A stretch of DNA of 64,000 bases from the NCBI RefSeq assembly GCF_018350175.1, contig NC_058369.1, positions 122,450,001 through 122,514,000 on the forward strand, in the 5' to 3' direction. Both the position numbers and the translations under genes were made by a program. Shown here in pieces: positions 34,901-43,900 of the stretch (the stretch's first letter is position 1; each line of letters begins with the position of its first letter). Origin of the DNA: Felis catus (taxonomy: Eukaryota). The notes below the pieces were generated by a model, which saw only the letters and a program-made list of their open reading frames with translations, was not told the origin of the DNA and made no database searches.

Positions 34901-37900
34901 CCCTTCACCTCCCTGTCTGGCGTCAGCTCTCGTCCTATGTCTAGCCACACGGTGGACTGCTCTAGGGCCGAATGCCTCCCATGCAGTTGTTTCTGACATC
35001 TGAAGCTACTGGCAGCTAAATTGGCCTTTTCTTTCCTTTGAGCTCCAGCCTTGGTCCGCCTACTCTCTGCTTGCTTCTGAGAAGGGTTTCTTCTTCTGGG
35101 GTTTCTGGGATCTCTTCTCTGGGAGGCTCCCCCTTCCTTCCCTCCCACAGGGACACACACAGGGGTCCAACTGCAACCTAATAAGGACACTCTACTGACC
35201 CCAACGCACCCTTCACCAGCTTAGACATCTTGTGGTAGGCAGCCAGAAGCTCCCCAGGTCTGGTGGGAGGGAAGTGTGGGGTCAGGGTTTCCGAAATATT
35301 CCCAGACTGGGAGCTGTAGGATCCTGTCCGGCCTTCCTAATGCATAGACAGCCATTTGTAAGAGTGATTTATACATTTAAGTACATTTAAGAACCAGCTG
35401 GTTGGTTTGCTTCTGCTGTGGACAAAAAAAAAATCCCCTTGCAATCTCAGAGAATCCTCTTTGGTGCTAGTCTCAAGCCCCAAAGACAAAAAACTCAGGT
35501 GCGGTTGGCAAGCCAGGTGGGAGGGCTAACACAGGATGAGGGGCCCTTGATCCCCTGACATTTAGCAACCTACATGAGTGTTTCCAGGGTCAAGGAGACC
35601 CTGTTGGTGGAAAGTGAGGGATAATCAAGGAGACGGTGCTGCTGAGGACTGCAGGCTTTTTGCCAACACTTGCAGCTCCGTCCACGCACATTTAGTGCCC
35701 ACGAACACCCAGTGATCTGCTGGGCTGAGTAAGCATCCCTTTTTACAGCTGAGGGAGCTAGTTTTCAGTGTAGTGCAATGAATCCAGTAGGAGCAAGTGA
35801 AGCCATAGCTGTGGTGCCGCCAGCCCTTGGCTCTAAGCTTGACTATACCATCTTTCCTGTCCTCGAGGAAATGACAGATGAGAGATGGTGTTCAATCAGT
35901 GTATAAGCAAGGCTTCCTGGAAGAAACGGCCCCAATGGGATCCAGCCTTGTAGAGAGAACTGCCCCCCTCCCAGAGTGCTTTGAGCTGGGAGGTGTCTGC
36001 TGTGGGGGGAGGGGAGACTATCGGGGGGATGGGAAGGGGCAGGACCTGGTGGGAGAGGAGATTTCAGGGCTGTGCCTGAGTCCCCTTGGGCCACCAGAGT
36101 TATGTGTGGGGCGGAGGGGCCCCTTCAGATCTGCCCACAACAGCTTTCCGATTTTTTCCTCTGTTTCCAGAACAAATTTAAGCCTGGGAGTCCCCAAGAA
36201 AGCCCGAGAGGACCCCCTGCCTGTGCCCTCAGACCAGCATTCACTCCCTTTCCTGTAGGTTGGTTCCAGCTGCTTAGATGATAAGGGTTTGAGATGGCGC
36301 TTCTGTTGGAGGCTTGGACCCCCGCAGGGGGTGGTAGCACTGAGCCACCCACACTCTTTCACCTGGTGCTCCTGATGAAATGAGTCGCTGGCACCAGGAC
36401 TTGGGCAGGGGCCAGGTGTGGAGTGTGGGCCTGGGTCAGGGCTTGGCATGTGCTCTGGCTCATTGTGGTCTGGGGTGGGGGGTTAGGGCTCAGCCTGAGG
36501 CTGGGATCAGGGTTAGTCTGCTCTTTCCTGCCCTTAGCTTTGCGAGAAGCCGGCTGGCTCAGAAAAGGGAGGGTGAGTTCCCACACAGACATGGACTGTG
36601 CTGAGACCGTCTCCAGGAGCTGGCTTTACTCCCAGCTGTCTCTCCATTACAGGATGGGCATTGGAAGCTGGGTCTGGTCTCGGGGAGAGAACCCCCATCT
36701 GTATTTCCCTCAGGGACCTTGCAGAGCAGGTCTGCACAGCCCCTTGGGTGAAGGAAGGAGATGAGAGCGGATACCATGATGTAGGTAGCAGGGCTGTGAC
36801 ATACCCAGCGTCTGAAGGATGACCTCGACTCCACAGACAGGCTCTGTGGTGGCAGAAATGCAGCCAGGATGCCATCAGTCCAGGAGCTCAGCCCACAGCC
36901 TAAGGCTTCCAGTTCACATGGGGCTCCATTTTCCACTTCCAAAGCACCCCTCCTCTGTCTAGGAGGGCCCCGTCCTCACAACTCCTGTTAGGGATCAGCA
37001 GCGGGGAAATGGTTACTCCTATTTTGCAGATGAAGAAACTGAGGCCCAGAGGAGGAAAGTGACACCACCTGAGACCACCCAGCAAGTCAGTGTCTAGACA
37101 AAGCCTTGAGCTCAGGTGCCCTGACCCCCCAGGCTGGGGAGGGGGCACAGAGGGTGAGCTTGTTCTCAGTGGTGGGGGAGGAGGGAGAGGTGGGCAGAGA
37201 AGCTCCAAGATCTGCTGAGCTGAGCTGAGCTTCCGGCCAGAGTACCAGCATGGTGTGCAGCGCTTGCCTGGGGGCTGGACCAGGGTTCTGGGGCTTTACA
37301 GCATCTTGCCATCATGAGGGACCCCATGGAGAATGTTCGGTTCAGACTGAGACCTTCTGTAGGCCTGCCAACTATCCCAGTGCTTCAGTGATCACTAGGA
37401 ACAAGGTGAAATAGACAGGGGTGCTGCCTCAAAGCCGCCCCCACCACCACAGGATGGGGGTCTAACATTCTGTCCGGCATTTCCTGGGGCTACAGCAGCT
37501 TTGCACACAAAAGTCACCAAAGCTCCAAAGCTTCCATGGAGTTTAGCCTGTGACCAAAACAGGGGTCGAAGAAACCGTGTGCTGCCTCCCTGGGTTCCAC
37601 ACTGAAGTGCTGAGACCTGGAAGTGGCTTTGACCGTCCTGCAGATACACAGCAAAGCCTTGGCAGAACCAGGCCCGGGAGCCAGGGCTTCCTGGTTTCCA
37701 AATGGAGGCATGGGCCCTGCACCTGCCATGGGGATCTCCAGCCTTCTGACAGCGCCCTTCAGTTCCCGCCCAGCACCCTTGTCTGAATGTCTTATCCTCC
37801 CTTGGGTCCAAATCAGAACTGAGTTCACCAGCCAGTCTGGGTTTATGTCTTCCTTTTGATTAAATTCCTTTCACTAATTGTAGTGACTTTTTAGAGGTCA

Positions 37901-40900
37901 TGACATCTCTTCCTTTCTCACATCTATATCTGGCTTTTCTGCCACTCTCTTGTGTCATTTCAGTGGGTCCCTTTGCACAGAGCCATTGAAGGTTTGGGAG
38001 AACTGGAGTATTTGAGAAGAAGGCCACTTACCTCTTTCCCCAGATCCTTCTCCCGAGAGGCCTCCTAGGCATCAGGTCCCCCCACTTTGTTCACCCTTCC
38101 CCGTCCGAGACCCACATCTTTACGAGGGGCCTGATCTCCCAGCTAACTAAGTGGCCTCTAAGGAAATCAGAGGAGTCTGTATTTACTGTGTCCAGCGCCC
38201 AGGAAGGTCAGGGACCACAACTTGGGAGCTCAGAGACGGAACAGTCTCAGAAGAGAGTAGCTGAAGCTTTAGAATTCAGGGTGAGGGCTTAAGCCTGGTG
38301 GGGACGGGGCGGCATCTGAGGGTTGGGTTCCTGGGCCCTCAGCCAGGCCATGGTTGAGGGATCAGGCCACTGGCTGTAGGAGAAAGTAGCCAGCCATTCA
38401 ATCTGGACCAGGTAGAGAATAAATTTAGAGGCTACAATGGTTCCCATTCCCGAATACCCAATTAAGTTGTTGTAATTTGTGAGAAAAAAAACATACTTAT
38501 GTGTCCATCTGTCTCTTCGTATGTGTATGAAACAGACCTTTGACATTCACTGAGGACACATGAAGAAACTTCTCAAATATGGGACTTCCTCATGATAGTG
38601 TGTTTCGAGCTTCCAGTTGTATGTGGATCACCTAGGGACCTTGTTAAAATGCAGATCTGGAGCCAGCAGGGCTGGGGTGGCACCTAAGATTCTGCATCTC
38701 TAAGAAGCTCTCAGGTGGTACTGATGCCGCTGATCTGGATAGCAGAGCCTCACGCAGGACCTCACATCCCATGTCTGTAAAGTGGGCCGGTAGTGCCCTC
38801 ACAGAGGGGTGTGAGCTGAGAGGTGCCATTTGTTAAGTGGGAACACCACGCTTGACTGTGGCAAGGGTCCTGGGTGGACCTCGGCTTGCCTCCTCTTTGA
38901 AGTGTGTGATTCACGTTCGTGCCTCAGCAAAATGACGTGTCTCCACATGTCAAGGACCTTCAGACTTCCTCTCAAAGATCGGGAATCACAGATTACAAAT
39001 CAGTGAATGCCCAAGGTCTGGTCTCTTCATGTGTATTTGTTCTCATGTGTATCAGATCCCTGCAGATAGATCCGTTCACCAGCAGGTGCTAGGAGCTCGG
39101 TACCTCATGGTGCCTGAGGAGGGTTCGTGAGGGAGGCTGCTCTTTTGAGGTCTGATGAGAGAACACAACTCTTCATCCATGTCGTACACGCTTATCAGAG
39201 AAGGAGAAGAAGTGTCTGTGGCTTGTCCCCACCCACGCAGAAGCAGGACCGTGATGAGCTAGAACAGATGGAAATTCCGCCTGACCTCTCTGAGGGGGTG
39301 GAATTTCTCAGTGCCTCACCCAGGCTAGTAGGGCTAACCCGGGGCTCACCTGTGGATGCCTCGGTGTTTCTGCAGGCAGTGGGGCGGTACCCAAAAGGGG
39401 CCCTTCTCAGCCTTCAGCCCCTGCCCTTTGAACTTCAGAAAGTCTAGCCCAGCGCTGTGCTGTAGACCTCTCAGCAGGGACAGCAATGCCCTAGCCTGTG
39501 CTCTCCAGTATGGGAGCCACTAGCTGCACGTGGCCGTTGAGTCCTGGCAAGGTGGCTAGGGGAACGGAGGAAAGCGGATTTCTAATTTGATTTAATTTTC
39601 ATTCCAATAGCTGCCGATGGGTAGTGGCTGTCCTGTTGGACAGTGCAGATCGAGACCAATTAACAATCTCTTCCAGCCATCCCAACTCTTTCCCCCCCGC
39701 CCCCCCCCCCATGCCCGCACTGCACTGCCTGGGGGCTCAAAGAGGACGAGGTGCAGGCAGAAGAGTGAGAGGTGTAGAGGAGAAAGACCAGTGGACACCC
39801 AAGCCCAGGACTGGCCTGATTCAGGCTGGGTGGGCCCGGGCTAGGCAGCACGAGGTCCACGGGATGTGTTTCCGGCTGCCCACCTGGCTGAGTGACCTCC
39901 GACAAGGCCGTGCTCTGAGCCTGGACCTGACTCAGCCAATTTCTGGGGCCCCTGCTTGAGACCCAGCCCCGCCCCCACCTTCAGAACACACGTTCCCGCC
40001 AGCTCCCCTTACCTGTCTGTGGACCCAGCGTGAGCGCTCGTTGCGTGCACGTGTGTCTGTGCACACACCTGTACACGTATGGGCATGCATTTCTATGTCC
40101 AGAGCTGACCATGTCTTGGCCCCTGGCTTCCTCATCCTCTTCCATGTCACTGCCCCAGCCCTGTCTCCATCCCTGGGCTCCTCTGCCCTCCCCTGAGCCT
40201 TGTCGCTCCAGGTCCACCTCAGTTTCTTCATTGCCCGATGCCCCCAGCTGACAGAAGTGCTGATCTTGTCACACCCAGCAGCTGCGTGCAGAAATGCTAC
40301 TGCAAGCCACAGCGGGCTCAGCAGCACCCTTGCAAGATGTCAGAACTGTCCACCATAACTCTGTAAGTGTGCGTGGCGTGGCTGTGGCCGGGAGGCCCGG
40401 AGGGGAGGGGGCCGCATGCTGCTGCCGCTGCCCGGAGCTTGCATCCCGCCGGCTGGACGAGAGCGGAGAGCAAGCCTGTGCCTCCAGCCCGGCCCTTTGT
40501 GCACTGTTGCATGTCGTTGTCTGTGTGTCTTGTGAGTTCTCTGCAGCCTCGAGGCCCTCGGGGCGGGGTGGGGCGGGGTGGGGGGAGGTCGTGGGGACGG
40601 AGTGGCAGGGCTGAGGCCTGGAAGCCTCTCCTGCAGCCGCCCCGATGTGTGGTCTTCCCAGAATCCCCCACTTCCCTGGGCTCGTCTTTGCAGCTGCCAA
40701 ATCAAGTTCTAAGACCCTTAGAGCTTGAGTTCTCAGAGACCGTCCCCCTGCACGGGACAGGACCCTCACCCTGAGGAACCTCACTCACGCTTCATGTGCC
40801 AAGTGGCTTAATCCCCACACTGACCCTATGAGATGGGTTCTTGTAGAAACGCCATTTTACAGATAAGAAAACGGAACGCAGAGAGGTGAAGTACTCACTC

Positions 40901-43900
40901 AAGGTCACATAATTGGTGTCTCTAAGAGAAGCTCAGTCTTAACTTGGAAATTGCTTGAAGTGGAGGAGCCCGCTGTAATTTGGGCAGCTCTGACCAAATT
41001 GGAAGGTCTTCTTGGTATTTTTTAGGCTTTCTGCCCATTCATGCCTCTTTCGGGCAGGACAGAGGCCGAGGCCTGTGTCACTGTCTCTGTGGCTTAACCA
41101 GATCATAGGGTGATTCTGTAACTGACCTCCAAGGGGTTCCAAGGCTCACACCATATATCCCCATTCCATGGCCTCTGGTCAGCTCTGAAGCAGAGAGGTC
41201 CCAGAAGTATGGGCCGTAGTGGCCTCCTCATCTGCCCTCTCTGCCCCGTCTACCAAAGGGGTCACCGGGATGCCCTGGGTCCCTGACAGAAGTCCCCATC
41301 CATTCCAGGGGATGGCTACAGGGCCACCAGGGAGGAAAAGTGTTGCCCTTGCTGCCATTTGCCACATGGCCAGGAAGTTGGAAGGACCTGAGCTCGTGTC
41401 TGAAAGGGCCCTGCTTCTCACACGATGGGCCCATCCATCTACTGCCACCATGAAAGCTGGAGAGGCTTGGCCTTTTGGTTTCCAAGACACTTTGGAACTG
41501 TAGGGTCAAGTCCCTGCAAACAGGCCCACGTGTGTAGAGGAGGCAGGGAAGGAGGAGGGCAGGGACAATAGGCACGCCCCAGGGCTGCCTTCCCTCCTGA
41601 GCCCCTTCAATTAAGCTTCACTTGTAAAGTAACCCCTTTAGGCAGGGTTGCAGAGTGGTTCCCCAGCCGCCCACATACCTCAGTTCCAGGCCACTTGCCT
41701 CTCCTTTTTGGACCTTCATTTTTCAGCCATCACTCCCTGTTGCCTCTGGTGCTAGCCACTGGATGCGCAGAGATGAGTAGGACCCGAGCCCCGGGTCGTG
41801 GTCAGGTTTCAGAGCTCTGAGGCTTTTGTACGGTCTGGACGTTCGTTTACCCTTTCACGGGCAGGCAGGTGCCTTCTGAGCGGGAAGCCCCCAGCCTGGC
41901 ATGTGCTGGGTGCTGGCCAGGCAAGGTAACTGACAAGCACCATGCCTACCTCCGAGGAGCCACAGTCTGAGAGAGGATAGACCACTCAAGAACCACACCT
42001 GGGCTCAGAGTGGGACCTCCTCACATCCTGTTGGCTCCAGCCCTGGTTCTGGGGCACCTGGGTCCTACAGAACGGGCTGCCTGTGAGCAGGGACGGAAGG
42101 CATGGGCACTGGCTCTCTGGGGGGCTTCTTCCTTCCAGGGCTGAGTGGTGGTCCACCTGTAGGTCTTCTTAGGCTACCCCTCCTCTTTCCTTTGTGTCGC
42201 CTTCTCTGCTTTTCTTTTTTCCCTTCCCCCTCCCTCCTTCCTTCCCTCTCATTTGAAACTGGGAAGCCAAGGGCCTCACTCAGACTCCATGGATTCACCT
42301 TCTCCTAAAATCTGGAGCCCCCACATGCAACAGAACATTCTCTCCCACAAAGGCTGGGATGGGGAAGAGGACAGGGTACATATGTAACTGCCCCAACTCA
42401 AAGGGCCATCCCACACCCGGCTGTCCATCCCTGTGGACAATAACTGAGAGGGAGGGGAGCCAAACCTCCCACTTATCCCCAACTCTGATGGCCCAGGGGG
42501 CAGACTGCACCTGCAGGGCAGGGCTGGCTCTTCCAGAAGATCCAGAGGGAGCCAGTACACTGGGGTGGGCGAAGATGGGGTGCTACTCTTGGAGACTCCC
42601 TGGGAGTACCCCTTCTGATAGAAGAGGACCCACAAGGATATGCAATATTTACCCTCCAGATGTCATACCATGGCTCTGTGCCCCCGCCCATCAGAGCAGA
42701 GCCCCACCCACTGGGCTTAGCAGCCAATGGCCAGCAGCCTCAGGGGGCATGGAAGTCCCTTTGGTCCTGTCTGTCTTTAACCCACAAGCTCCGAGCAGAT
42801 AGCCTCCTCTCTCTTGACTGTTTCCCTGGTGGCAGGTTCCTCTGGCTTAGTTGGTGCTTGTTTATTCCCAGTGTCAGTAAATCCTTCCTAAGATCCCTCC
42901 TAGGTCTCACCCACTGTGCACAGCATCTCTCCCCCCGACCCCCCCGCCCCACCCTGGGCTGCACTTCCCCATCACTCTCCATGAGTGTCCTGGCAACCCC
43001 AGACTCAGAAAAGCCCACTGCCTCTGTGGCCTCTTAGGAGGTTGTCTTTTTAGGCACATGGAACTTCCTTCCAGAGCAGGAGAGGGTTTGCTTTGCTTGA
43101 GGGTCCATGATGTCATTCAAGCCTTCTGAATCCAATCCCTCTATTTGCACTGACTTCACTTTTCCCAGGGGGTTTGCGCCTCCCACAAGGGGTGTCTGTC
43201 AATCACACACTCCCGTGTGCATTTTTAGTGACTCTACAGGATACGGACATGGCCTAGAGGGATGGGATGTCCCCCGAGAACCTCCCAGGGAGTTCTGGAA
43301 GGCCTGCTCTGTTGGCCACCATTCGTCCCAGGCCCCATTCTTCCTAGGAAAGAATCCCAAGAGGGTCTGTGGACAGCAGCCCCAGCCCGGGGGAGAGCAG
43401 GGAGCTGGGACCGGCGTCTCTGCCCTCCCTGGTTCCAGCATCAAGACTTGGCAGTTCCCCAGAACAATATCTTGTTCTCTCCCGACAGACGGCTAGCCCG
43501 GTCCACCCTGCTGCTCATCCCGCTATTTGGAATCCACTACACGGTATTCGCCTTCTCCCCGGAGAACGTCAGCAAGAGGGAGAGGCTTGTGTTTGAGCTG
43601 GGGCTGGGCTCCTTCCAGGTAGGTGTGGCAGAAATGGCCGGTGGAACTCGTGGAGAGCCAGGGAGGGCCCTGGCCCCTGACCTGCCAGCGGTTCTGACTT
43701 CTTTAACCCAGTCTCAGCCTCGTGTTTCTGTCTCTGAAATGAGTACTAGAAGAGAGGGGAGCTGGGCGAGCCCCTTCTGCCATGTACCCTGTGGGCTCCC
43801 GAGAGAACACACACTGATGTCTTGTTGCCGCACCTGGGCGTTCTGAGCAAGGCCTCCCTTGGGTGCCCATCCCTCACCTTCAGCCTGGGACGTGAGCAGA

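Noticed and set aside
37964-37991. Strong pyrimidine tract/AG with AAG|GTTTGG donor between hip and hop
   Set aside because: 28 nt, frameshifting, weak donor, no supporting motifs
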